From NCBI RefSeq assembly GCF_963921235.1, contig NC_086108.1:8246001-8310000 (forward strand): 64,000 bases of DNA, given 5' to 3'. Origin of the DNA: Mobula hypostoma. Lineage: Eukaryota. The position numbers were made by a program, and so were the translations under genes. The notes beneath the pieces were generated by a model. That model was not told the origin of the DNA. It searched no databases and saw nothing but the letters and a program-made list of their open reading frames with translations. Shown here in pieces: positions 1 through 11,187 of the stretch; position 1 is the first letter of the stretch; each line of letters opens with the position of its first letter.

Positions 1-269
1 CCTTAATCTAAAACAGATTATCTGGTCACCCTCACACTGCAGTTGTGCAACTTTGTGTACAAATTCTCTTTAAAGCCATGGGCCAGCCAAACACAATACA
101 TAAAATTATTACAGCACTGTGCTAGGGTGCCCAAGACTTTTGCACAGTACTGTAATCATTTTACGTATTGCACTGAACCACTGCCATTAAAGAAAAACAC
201 ATTTCACAACATAGGTGAGTGATTATAAACCTGATTTATCATCACTCGTAAAAAAGGAAGTCATAAAGA

Positions 270-795
270 AATCTTTTGGCACATTGGCCTTCAGGAGATG
301 GGATGTTATGTTGAAGACATTGACAAGGCCTAATTTGGAGTATTGTGTGTAGTTTTTGTCACCCACCTACAGGAAAGATGTAAATAAGGTTTGAAGAGTA
401 CAGAGAAAATTTACATGGATGTTGCTGGGCCTGGAGGACCTGAGTTATAAGGAAAGATTGAATAGTTAGGACTTCATTCCTTGGAATGTAGAAGATTGAG
501 GGGAGATATGGTAGAGATATACAAAATTATGAGTTGTATAGATAGGGTAAATGCAAGCAGGTTTTTTCCACTGAGGTTGGGTGGGACGACAACCAGAGGT
601 CATGGGTTAAGGGTGAAAGGTGAAAAGTTTAAGAAGAACATGAGGGGAAACTTCTTCACTCAGAGTGTGGAATGGGCTGCCAGTGCATGCGAGCTTGGTT
701 TCAAAGTTTGAGAGAAGTTTGGATAGGTACATGGATGGTAGGGGTATAGAGAGCAGGTCGATGGGAGAAGGCAGTTTAAGTGGTTCAGCGTGGAC
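270..795 (+). mobile_element. CR1 LINE 3' fragment (decayed ORF2 C-terminus)
   Basis: Translates to RRLRGDMVEIYKIM...TRGHGLRVKGEKF..NMRGNFFTQ, the typical CR1 ORF2 end; frameshifted. Confidence 0.85.
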
Positions 796-2119
796 ACAAA
801 TTGCTGGAGGAATTCAGCAGGTCAGGCAGCATCTACGGAAGGAAATGACAGTCAGTGTTTCGGACCGAGACCCTCCATCAAGGCAGGAAAGGAAGCAATC
901 GGAATCTGGTTTAATATCACTGGCAGATATCATGAAATTTGTTGTTTTGTGGCAGTAGTACATTGCAATACATCATTTAAAAAAAACATCATTTTTAAAG
1001 CAATATTATATGTTTATATTTAAATAAGTAGTGCAAAAGAAGAAAAAATATAGTGAGGTAGTGTTCATGGGTGGTTTGAGAAGGGGAAGGCGGCAAAATA
1101 AGACAGTGGGGGTGGGAGGATGATGTAAATGCTATAAAATCTATAAATTACAATAAGATGTATATATAAATTAAATAGGTAGTGCAGAAGTTCAAAGTTT
1201 AAAGTAAATTTATTATCAGAGTACATACATATCACCATATACAACCCTGAGATTCATTTTCTTGTGGGCATACTCAGTAAATCTATAGAATAATAACCAT
1301 AACAGGATCAATGAAAGACCACATCAGCTTGGGCATTCGACCAGAGTGCAAGACCGTCGGGGATGGGGGGGTTGTGAAGACTGTGTAATTAAGAGATTTA
1401 ATAGTGATAGCAAGGAAACAGCAAGTAAATAGTTAAAGACATTCTATTTTCCCCAGCAGTGTGACCCGCGGGCAAGATAACCTACGCCAGGCAGTCCATT
1501 CGAACCTCCAATTGACTAAAGGGTGTGTGTACTGTTCCAAACCTCATTCGAGTGGCCCGGCAGCGATTCATTTTCAGTACACGTTCTTAACACGGGCAGG
1601 GCTGCATTTGTGGTATCTCCTTCTATGAGCAACGATTCGAACGGCAGGCAGTTAGGGTGGGAGCATGGGAACTTGGCACACTCACTCTGCCTTCTCACAC
1701 AGCGTCCGGCCTTCACCCAAGTGGAGCAGGTTCCAGGAATGCAGTGGGGTCTTGGAGCCAGCCAAGCCACCTGAACGACTTGCTTGCTGTGTCTTACACC
1801 ACAGCCCTGTCCAGATGGACTCAGCACCCTGCAGTCTGCCAGGAACACAGGCAGTTGGCAGTCTGCTGCGTTCCTTGAAGGCAGTGTGAGGACATGAGGT
1901 TGTGACTCTCTCTCGTTTTCAGTAAGATGATCTCAGTTGAACTTACTTTCTGGGGTGAAAACTTCACCTGATTAAATCAGATTGGGATGGATTTCAATAG
2001 TGCTGGAAAGAAAAACCGCCACTCCTGCTGAATGTAGGAAATTACAGCACAGTATAGGTCCCTTGGCCCATGAAACTATGCTGACATTTTAACTTATTAA
2101 CCCTTCCACCTACATCTTT

Positions 2120-2495
2120 CATTCAGTTTGTGCCATGTTGTATGACATAGGCGATCATGGTCTTTCCATGACCATGATGTTCTTGGCAAATTTTCCTACA
2201 GAAGTGGTTTGCCATTGTCTGGGCAGTGTCTTTACAAGATGGGTGACCCCAGCTATTATCAATACTCTTCAAAGATTGTCTGCCTGGTGTCACATAACCA
2301 GGACTTGTGATATGCACTGGCTGCTCATATGACCATCCACCACCTGCTCCAGTGGCTTCACGTGACCCTGATTTTTTGGGGGGAGGGTGTGCTAAGCAGG
2401 TGCTACACCTTGCCAAGGGTGACCTGCTGGTTAGTGGAGGAAAGGAGCACCTTACACCTCCTTTGGTAGAGATATATCTCCACCCTGCCACCATT
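2120..2495 (-). mobile_element. Non-autonomous SINE-like element with an RTE-type 3' part
   Basis: Same ~370-400 bp sequence recurs at 16874-17285, 32900-33175, 43707-44065 and partly 18085-18185; contains CAATGGCAAACCAC, a Bov-A/RTE-like motif. Confidence 0.65.
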
Positions 2496-2689
2496 CCTCC
2501 TACATAACCCTCCATAACAGTCTCTTATATGTCCCTAATGTATCTACCCCTACCACCACCCCGGGATGGCGTCCACACATCCACCACTCTGGGTAAAAAA
2601 TAAATACCTCTGACATCCCACCATACTTGCTCCTGGTACCTTAAAATCATGCCCCCTCATAATAACGTCCAAGAAGACCACAACCTCAT

Positions 2690-3050
2690 TTTTGGGTTTG
2701 GAGGCTTGTGTGCCTCGACGACCTGGAGAACTATGCTGGCTGAAGTCAGGACTTTATGCTTTGGCTCTTGGTAGGGTCACCCATACCAAGCAGGTCAAAG
2801 GGTAGAGGCCAGACAGACTAAGAGTGGTCCACCGGTCCTCCAGGTTTGGGGTTCAGCTCAGGGCTAACAACCCCAACTGGTAAAACAAAATTGTTACGGA
2901 AACAGCAATGAAGATTCCTTCTCCATCTGAGTGCGGCTGAGGACCTGAACCACACCTGGGGCACATTAGAGAAGATGGCCCAGGACAGGCAGAGATGGAG
3001 GATCTTCATTGCTGCCCTGAATGCCAGTGGGTAATGGGCAGTAACTATCA
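2690..3050 (+). mobile_element. Internally deleted (bipartite) RTE-clade element
   Basis: RTE-like 5' UTR (GGGCTAACAACCCC...GTAAAAC) joined to ORF end LNHTWGTLEKMAQDRQRWRIFIAALNASG*; second copy at 61600-61905 (-). Confidence 0.6.
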
Positions 3051-3064
3051 TTGTATGAACAGTG

Positions 3065-3437
3065 AAAGTCAATAGACAATAGGTGCAGGAGCAGGCCATT
3101 CAGCCCTTCAAGCCAGCACCACCATTCACTGTGATCATGGCTGATCATCCACAATCAGTACCCTTTTCCTACCTTCTCCCCATATCCCTTTGTTCCGCAA
3201 CCTTTAAGAGCTCTATCTAACTCTTTCTTGAAAGAATCCAGAGAATTGGCCTCCACTGCCTTCTGAGGCAGAGCATTCCACAGAACCACAACCCTCTGTG
3301 TGAAAAAGTTTTTCCTCAACTCCATTCTAAATGGTCTACCCCTTATTCTTAAACTGTGGCCTCTGGTTCTAGACTCCCCCAACATCGGGAACATGCTTCC
3401 TGCCTCTAGCGTGTCCAATCCCTTAATAATCTTATAA
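3065..3437 (-). mobile_element. CR1 LINE 3' fragment
   Basis: ORF 3155-3520: YKIIKGLD...SRTRGHSLRIRGRPF...NFFTQRVV.LWNALP. Confidence 0.9.
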
Positions 3438-3754
3438 GTCAAAATAAGACTGCAGATGCTGAAAATCTGAACTAAAAACTGTGAGTGCAATAAACACTCT
3501 GCAGGCCATGAAGCGTCCATGGACAGAATACTCCCAGCGTTCTGAGTGCTTGATGAAGGTGCTTAAGGTATGAACACCAAGCTGACTCAGAAGACTATGA
3601 CTGGAAGGAGGGAAGAGATCCTAGAGGGTGATGAGGAGGGTGTGGCTGAGGGAGGAGAGAGAAGGGTGAGGAGGGAATCTGAGGTCAAGTTTAGCAGAAG
3701 AGGCAGCTTTTTATTAACACTGTTAATTCAATCCACACCAATCTGATTTATTCA

Positions 3755-4250
3755 CTTATTGTTTATAGGGTTGTTCGCCAAGCCTGGAGGTCAGATCACA
3801 AATGTTTCATCGCCAGATGAGGTGACATCATCGTGCGCCATGAAGAGATGTTTCTGCTGAGTGCTCGTTTTCATTGGTCCAACTCGTCATTCTGATTGGT
3901 CGGCTGTCACGTTGGCCGTTAGTTTCCGCCTGGTCCCAGCCAACCCGACAGCTGAGTGATCCCTGGTTATCGCTCGTTGTGAGCACTGGTTCCACGGGTG
4001 TCCTCGGGCCCCGATCCCACAGACACATCGGTTTGCAGATTGCATGCATTCCATATGCTTGTTAATAGAGTCTTCCACTCAGAACCAAGCTTCTAAGAAT
4101 TCTCTCGATTTCTTGTTTTGTGCTTCAGCCAGGATTTTCGTAGATTCCCCAGATGAACCCGTGTCCTTCTTGGTCTTCATGAGAGAGGATCATGGCTTCT
4201 TACGGTTAGCTCATGTTCATCTCGTCTCTCTCTGACTGTCCCAGATCATG
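3755..4250 (-). mobile_element. Penelope-like element remnant (GIY-YIG C-terminus plus decayed hammerhead)
   Basis: Minus-strand peptides EHELTVRSHDPLS / HEDQEGHGF / TKILAEAQNKKSREFLEAWF*VEDSINKH, followed by CGATGA-T-GTCACC...GGCGAT-GAAAC. Confidence 0.7.
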
Positions 4251-4374
4251 TAAGTTTAATTGAGATCACCTTTTGAAAATGAGAGGCTTTCTCCCAGGAT
4301 GGAAATAGCCACTACAGGAGGGACATAATTTTCCAGTGATTGGTGTGGGGGGGGAGGGGGTTGTCAGAGGTAAG

Positions 4375-4895
4375 TTCTGCGGGTCAAAGGTGTCCTGGGA
4401 CTCAGGACGGCTGGCATTTACAGGATCTCCCGTGTAGTGGAAACCAGCATCAAGGTGTGTCCATTGGGTTACCCAGAGAAATCAGCGGTAGCAGAACACT
4501 GCATTCGCGATGACCATAGGATTTACTTTGACGGCACAGAACTACTGGTGCTGTGCCAATGGTTTCTGGGGCTACCTGGTAAGGAAGCCATTGAGATAAG
4601 ACTAGAGAATAAGAACTTCAACAAAGATGAAGGTCTTGCTCTAAGTAAAAACTGGGATATGATTTTAAACAAGGTGGGACAGCGGAAACCTGATTGGTTG
4701 AAGATTAACCAATCAGGAGGGATGGATGACGGGAGTTGAGTTTATATACCACCGGACTAGACATGCCTAGCATCATCCCTGATGAAGATGACGGAGTTTG
4801 TCATTGAGACGACCATTAAAATCAACACCTGGAACCGGCTGGAAACCCGAGAAGAGTTCAGGTGTTATATACGCCAGGAAAACACTAGATCCTTA
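4375..4895 (+). mobile_element. Penelope-like element remnant (second family)
   Basis: ORF 4437-4739 KSAVAEHCIRDDHRIYFDGT...KEAIEIRLENKNFNKDEGLALSKNW resembles a GIY-YIG C-terminus; downstream CTGATGA-A-GATGAC...GTCATT-GAGAC. Confidence 0.75.
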
Positions 4896-7029
4896 TTCAG
4901 GGGCAAGTTCTTTACACAGAAAGTGGTGGGTGCACGGAACACCCTGCCTGGGGTGATGGTAAAGGGCAGATACATTAGGGACATTTAAGGGACTTTTAGA
5001 TAAGCACACAGATAAAAGAAAAACAGAGGGCTATGTGCGAAGGAAGAGTTAGATTCACCTCAGAGTAGATTAAAAGGCCGGCACAACATTGTGGGCTGAA
5101 GGGCCTGTCATGTACTGTAACTGTTCTATGTTCTGAAAGTGAGGGATCTCAACTCCAAACATGGGCAAGTAGATTTTTGTTTTTTTTTTCTCGACATGGG
5201 GAGGTCTCAGTTTAACATCTAGTCCAAGAGGAGGCATCTATCAGTGCAGAGGCCCTTTTGTACTGAACGCACCCTCTCAGTCGAGGGGAACCAGCACTCT
5301 TATCAGGGAGGAGACAGCATCCAAGCCTGGACCACCAGACTCAAAAACAGTTACTTTCCCCAAGCAGTGAGGGGAACCTCCACAACCCAACCACCACTAC
5401 GTTATCATATCCTCTCAGTCACCTTATGTACAAACACTCCTGTGCCTAGCGTCACTTTACAGACGTATAATCAATCTATGTATATAAGGCATCTTAAATA
5501 TCTGTATTTTTTTATTACTATTGGGTTCTTTATCTTACTGTATTTTCCATGCAGCCTCTGATCTGGAGTAACGATTATTTTGTTTTCCTTTACACTTGTG
5601 TACTCGAAATGACATTAAATAGAGTCATAGAAAAGTACAGACACAGACCCTTCAACCCATCTAGTCCGTGCTGAACCATTTAAGCTGTCTACTCCCATCG
5701 AGCTGCACCGGGACCATAGCCCTCCAATTCCCTGCCATCCATGGACCTATCCAAACATTGGAATGGTGCTGGCATGCACCACTTGTGCTGGCAGCTCATT
5801 CCACACTCCCAGCACCCTCCGAGAGAGTTTACCCTCATGTTCCCCTTGAACTTTACACCTTTCACCCTAGCACATGACCTCTAGTTGTAGTCGTAGAATC
5901 TTGAATCCTTTTGGACCGTGGTGGGAGGGAGTGGCTTACAGAGAGGAGAGACTCACGCTCGTCTGCTAGGAATGAATCCTCTTGTTACACGTAAGGCAAG
6001 CATCGAGGAACGCTCGGTCCCAGCGTCCGGAACACACTGACGAGCTGGACAGAGGTGTCCGTGGGGAAGCAGGGGGAGCCAGGGTAGCTGACGGGCAGCA
6101 GCTGACATCAGGCTGGGCTTGGGCTCAGCGGCACAGGATGTGAACTGCAGCGAACAGGAAGTCACACAGCGTGGCAAGCGTCTCTCTTCCTGAACCATGG
6201 GCTAACCGCACTCACCTGCCTTTGTTCTGCTGATCGAGGCAAGCCGCTCCCCATGCAAACCCAGAGATTAGCTCTGAAACACCAGACGGTCCCCCCCCAC
6301 CGCCAAAAAGAGGCAAAGAAAGGAACAAACTGCAATTTACCTGTGCACCCTACCCTCCCGCCACTTTGGCACACAGACCTTCAGGTAAAAGCTACAGGAA
6401 GCACAGCCTGCCCTGGGATCCAGGCAGATGAAGTACTCCAGCGGCCGCAGGCTCTCTCCTGCACCTCCCTGTGCGCGGATGGCACCACACTTTAGGTCTC
6501 AGCATCGAAACTACACACTAAATAACCGCACCGCAGCACCACATCAGCTACTGAGCGAGAGGGAAATACTCACAGTTGCCAAGCAACCAGACGAAAGAGA
6601 TTTACTAATGTCAAGGATGGGGAATGGATCTGGGTTTTGGCACTCAGCTTCTGACAACATTTTTTAACCCCTCTTAATGACAATTGAAGCAAGTTTTGCC
6701 AGCAACTGTTCTGGTGCAGTTGTATGATATCCTGGTGCAAACTCTTTCCTGTTCACTCCCTACCACGAAATCCAGAGAATCAAATTCTCTCCCATTCAGT
6801 TCCTGCACAAAATCCTACAGATTACACCCCTTCCCAGTTACTGCAGTATAGAAAAGGCCAGTGAAATATCAAGTTCAAGTTTAATTGCCAAGCAACCATA
6901 CATACATATGCAGTAAATGAAACAATGTTCATCCCAAACCAAGAGGTAGAACAACGACACACAGCACATGTAGTTACGATAGCACATACAGTCACAAAAT
7001 AACGTTAGCACAAGCCTCTGAGAGGCATG

Positions 7030-7240
7030 GCTTGAAGACTGATGGTGCACAGGATGTTGTCCTGGAGCCACGTTTCCACAAGAACAAGTACGCAGCAGTT
7101 CCTCATCTCGCTTTGGGTCAGCCACACCTGAAGGCAATCCAGTTTGTCTTCCAGGGAGTGAACACTGAAGAGCAGCACTGAGGGGAGAGTGTGCCTGCAG
7201 GGGCCACCCCCAACCCAGCTGCGGCGTGAGGAACTGCTCC
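7030..7240 (-). mobile_element. Rex1/Babar LINE 5' (endonuclease N-terminal) fragment
   Basis: LPSVLLFSVHSLEDKLDCL...EMRNCCVLVLVETWL. Confidence 0.65.
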
Positions 7241-7659
7241 ACAAACCAACCGAGACCACGCAGCTTTCCCGCCTACGGGCTTACAGTGTTTTATATTGCC
7301 AACATCTCCCAGGGTGTAGCAATCACAAAAAAGTGTTTGAGACACACATTTGCACCATTTGTTAGACCCAAAGAGGCTGCTGTGACCAAGCAACCCACCA
7401 TTTTACCAGGAGGAGGTTTGGTTGGGTATGGAATTAAAACCCAACCCAAAACACTAGCCAAAGATTCAGAGTTTTCCAGTTCCACACCTGGAGATGTTTA
7501 GAGGATACTGGGCCAGGATACTGACCCAAATACAACAGGACACCCATGGGAACATGACTGAGAGATCAGTGGTGCAGAGAGTCAGCAGTATTAAATTCCT
7601 TGGTGTTAACATCTTGGGTGACCTCGATCATAAGACAATAAGACATAGGAGCCCTATCC

Positions 7660-8600
7660 TCAGTCCTACCTTCCGGTTCCTATCCTCCTGCTAAATTAGT
7701 TTAAACCCTCCTGAACAGCTCTAGCCATCCCCTCAGATATTGGTCCCCCTTGGGTTCACGTGTAACCCAGCCTTTGTGTACAGGTCATACCTTCCCCAGA
7801 AGAGATCCCAATAATCAGAAAACTGAACTTCTGCCTCCCCCAACACAAGTTCCTCAAATAAGCGTTCACCTGCCAAATCATCCTATTCTTACCCTCACTG
7901 GCACGGGGCACAGGCAGCAATCCAGAGATTACTACCCTGTTTCTCAGCTTTCTACCCGACTCCCTGTATTCTCTCCCCAGTACCACCTGCCCTTTCCTAC
8001 CTATGTTGTTGGTACTAAAATGTACCACGACTTCTAGCTGTTCACCCTCCCGCTTTGGAATGCCATGGATCCAATCCGGGACATCCCTGACCCAAGCATC
8101 TGGGTGGCTATTTCACATCCATAGAATCTGCTTTCTTCTCCTCTAACTATGCAATCCCCAATTACTACTGCAAACTTCTTACTCCCCCCACCCCCTTACC
8201 TTCTCTGCGATAGAGGCAGACTCGGTGCCAGAGATCTGGCACTGCATCTTGCCCCCGGTAGATCATTCTCCCCCCACCCCCTTATTGTTGGGAAAGGCCA
8301 TCGGGGTACTCTGCACTAGCTACCCATTCCCCTTCTCTCTCAGTCACCCAGGTTCCTGCCTCCGACAACCTAGAGGTGACTACCTCCCTATAGCTCCTAT
8401 CCATCACTTGCTCAGCCTCCCGTACGAGCTGAAGATCAGCGAGCTAGAGCTCCAGTTCCTTAACACAGTCTCTAACAAGCTGCACCTCGGCACACTTCAT
8501 GCAGGAGCAGTTACCAGGGGAGGCTGGAGGTCTCCCAGAGTTCCAACATCTCACACAAAGATACCATGAAATGTGGACCCACTCTCATCGCACTAGCTAT
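7660..8600 (-). mobile_element. CR1 ORF1 remnant (SGNH/esterase domain and upstream Cys motif)
   Basis: VHFSTNNIGRK...VVISGLLPVPRASEGKNRMIWQVNAYLRNLC; upstream CSCMKCAEVQLVRDCVKELEL. Confidence 0.75.
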
Positions 8601-8760
8601 GTAGTAACAGAAAAAGAACTTGCCAGAAACTTATTCACTTAATTACTTAGAACTTCTACCGATACTTGCCTACACCAAAGCCTGGCCACTCTGACCCGTC
8701 CTGAGCCCAGCCCGTACGTCCAATCAAAGGGAAGGCAGAGTACTTTCTCAGGAAGTTTCG

Positions 8761-9388
8761 CAGTGATGAATATCTATTATCTGTCAAGTAGGATGCCATG
8801 CACAATCCTGATTTGATGGAGACGGACGTAAGAGCACGGAGGAACATCTGGTGAAACTTCTGAAATACCTGCTTCGCTGCTGCTGCTACTGTGTGATCCA
8901 GAATCTCCGGAGGGGAAGGCCCCAAGTCCTCGGCTTTGCTTGTTGCTCGGCGGCCGGGGCGGGGTCAAAACGCTCGGCAGAGGACGGCACTCGATGCTCG
9001 GTGTTGGAGGCTCGAAGTTTTCGAACGGACTGAGTCCGCTGCAGTCGGATGCTTCCAATGGCGCTGCATCGGCAAGTTTGCGGCGCTTGGAGGTTCATGG
9101 CAGGGAGAGTTTCCCCTTCTACCATCTGCGTGAAGATGGGGCTATCGGGACTTTGAGACTTTTTTTTTTACCGTGCCCATGGTCTGCTCTTATCAAATTA
9201 CAGTATTGCTTCGCACTGTTGTAACTATATGTTATAATTATGTGGTTTTTGTCAGATTTAGTCTTGATTTGTCTTGTGTTTCTGTGATATCATTCTGGAG
9301 GAACATTGTATCATTTTTTAATGCATGCATTTCTAAATGACAATAAACGAGGACTGAGCGTCCTCATAATCTAATCTAATCTAATCTA
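8761..9388 (+). mobile_element. 5'-truncated copy of ~670-bp non-coding retro-element with (ATCTA)n tail
   Basis: Colinear with 38179-38845; 3' hairpin GAGGAC-TGAGC-GTCCTC at 9349-9365, then (ATCTA)4. Confidence 0.8.
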
Positions 9389-9729
9389 AGGAGGATTGGC
9401 TTGTCACCAAACACTCCCTAGCAAATTTCTACAGACATACCGTTGAAAGTATCCTGACTGGTTGCACTGTGGTCCGGTACGACAATCTGAATGCACAGGA
9501 ACATATGAAGCTGCAGACAGCAGTGGAGTCTGCCCTCATGATTTTATAGACCTCTGTAATATCACCCCTCATTCTCCTATGCTCAAATGCATAAGGTCCT
9601 TGCCTCCTCAGCTTCTCTCTATAACTCCAACCCTCCAGTCCTGGCAACATCCTCGTACATCTTTCCTGTACTCGCTTCCAGCTTAATGGCATTTTCCTGA
9701 TAGCAGGACGACCATAAGTGAACACGCAG

Positions 9730-9985
9730 TATGCAGCACGGTTAGCAAAACGCTTTCACCGTTCTGGCATCCTGGGTTTAATTCCCGCCAGTGCCTATAA
9801 GGAGTTTGTAGATTCTGCCCTGTCTGGTTTCCTCCGGGTGCTCCGGATTACTCCCACAGTCCAAAGATGTACCGGTTGGCAGGTTAATTGCCCCGTGATT
9901 TGGGCTGACATTAAATTAGTGGATTTCTGGGCGCTGTAGCTCAAGGGACCAATTCCACGCTGTGTCTCGATAAATTAATAAATAA
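9730..9985 (+). mobile_element. tRNA-headed SINE (HE1/V-SINE-like), decayed
   Basis: Box-B-like GGTTTAATTCC, body shared with 46367-46652, (AATA)n tail. Confidence 0.65.
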
Positions 9986-10260
9986 ACAATAATCCAAACA
10001 CAAATTGCTGGAGGAACTCAGAGGGTCAGGCAGCCTCTCCAGAGGGGAATAAACAGCCAATGCTTCGGACCAAGACCCCACAAAACATTGACTAGTTACT
10101 CTTTGCCACAGATGCTGCCTGACCTGCTGAGATCCCCCAGCATTTTGTGTGTGCTGCTCTGGATTTCCAGCATCTGCAGATTGCCGTGTGTTGGAGATAC
10201 TACTACTGCTGAGAAGTCTTTTCCAGGGAAGCCTACCCTGAAGACGTTTAAATCTTCTCT

Positions 10261-10761
10261 TTAGATTAGATTAGATTATGAGGACACGCAGTCCTCCTTT
10301 ATTGTCATTTAGTAATGCATGCATTAAGAAATGATACAATATTCCTCCGGTGTGATATCACAAAAACACAGGACAGACCAAGACTGAAAATCTAACAAAA
10401 ACCACATAATTATAACATATAGTTACAACAGTGCAACAACACCATAACTTGATGAAGAACAGGCCATGGGCACAGTAAAAAAGTTCAAAGTCTCTCGAAA
10501 GTCCCACATCTCACGCAGACGGGAGAAGGAAGAAAACTCTCCCTGCCATGCCCGACCACAGTCCGACTCTGAGTCGTCCGAAAACTTCGAGCTCCGATCA
10601 GCCCTCCGACACCGAGTACCGAACACCATCTCTGCCGAATGCTTCGACCCCAGCCTCGGTCGCCAGCAGCAGGCAAAGCCGGGGATTTTGGGGCCTTCCC
10701 TCCGGAGATTCTCGATCGCACAGTAGCAGCGGCAGCGAACCGGGCATTTCAGAAATTTCCA
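10261..10761 (-). mobile_element. 5'-truncated copy of the ~670-bp (ATCTA)n-tailed element
   Basis: (TAGAT)3 tail at 10262-10276, hairpin 10280-10296, body homologous to 38179-38845. Confidence 0.8.
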
Positions 10762-10789
10762 TTTAACAGGAATTCAGAAAAACCCTCTC

Positions 10790-11015
10790 TCCCTGCTCCT
10801 TTTCTGTGAACATCTGCCGCCTTGTACTTCTTCCTCCCCTCCCACCACCTTCTTACTCTGAATTCTCCTCTTCCTTCTCAGTCCTGATGAAGGGTCTCGG
10901 CCCAAAACATCGACTGTTCACTCTTTCCCATAGGTGCTGCCTGACCTGCCGAATTCCTCCAGCATTTTGTGTGTGTTGCTCTGGATTTCCAGCATCTGCA
11001 GAACCACTTGTGTTT
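10790..11015 (+). mobile_element. Penelope pseudo-LTR fragment with decayed hammerhead
   Basis: CAGTC-CTGATGA-AGGGTCTCGGCCC-AAAA-CA-TC-GACTG at 10879-10916 (G12 mutated). Confidence 0.75.
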
Positions 11016-11187
11016 AGAACACTCTATGCAACTTCATCAACATCTTGTACAACTGCAATGTAGCATCCCAACTTCTGTACTCAATGTCTTGGCTAATGAA
11101 GGCCAGCATGCCAGATGTCTTCTTCACCCTGTCTACCTGTGTCATCACATTTGGGGAACCTTGCACTTGGACTCATCAACTCCAAAC

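Noticed and set aside
1456..1890. Unique GC-balanced segment with a 110-aa minus-strand ORF
   Set aside because: No recognisable protein and no convincing splice pair
3769..4249. Plus-strand exon suggested by TTTATAG and CAT|GTAAGT
   Set aside because: Stops in all three frames; better explained as a minus-strand Penelope remnant
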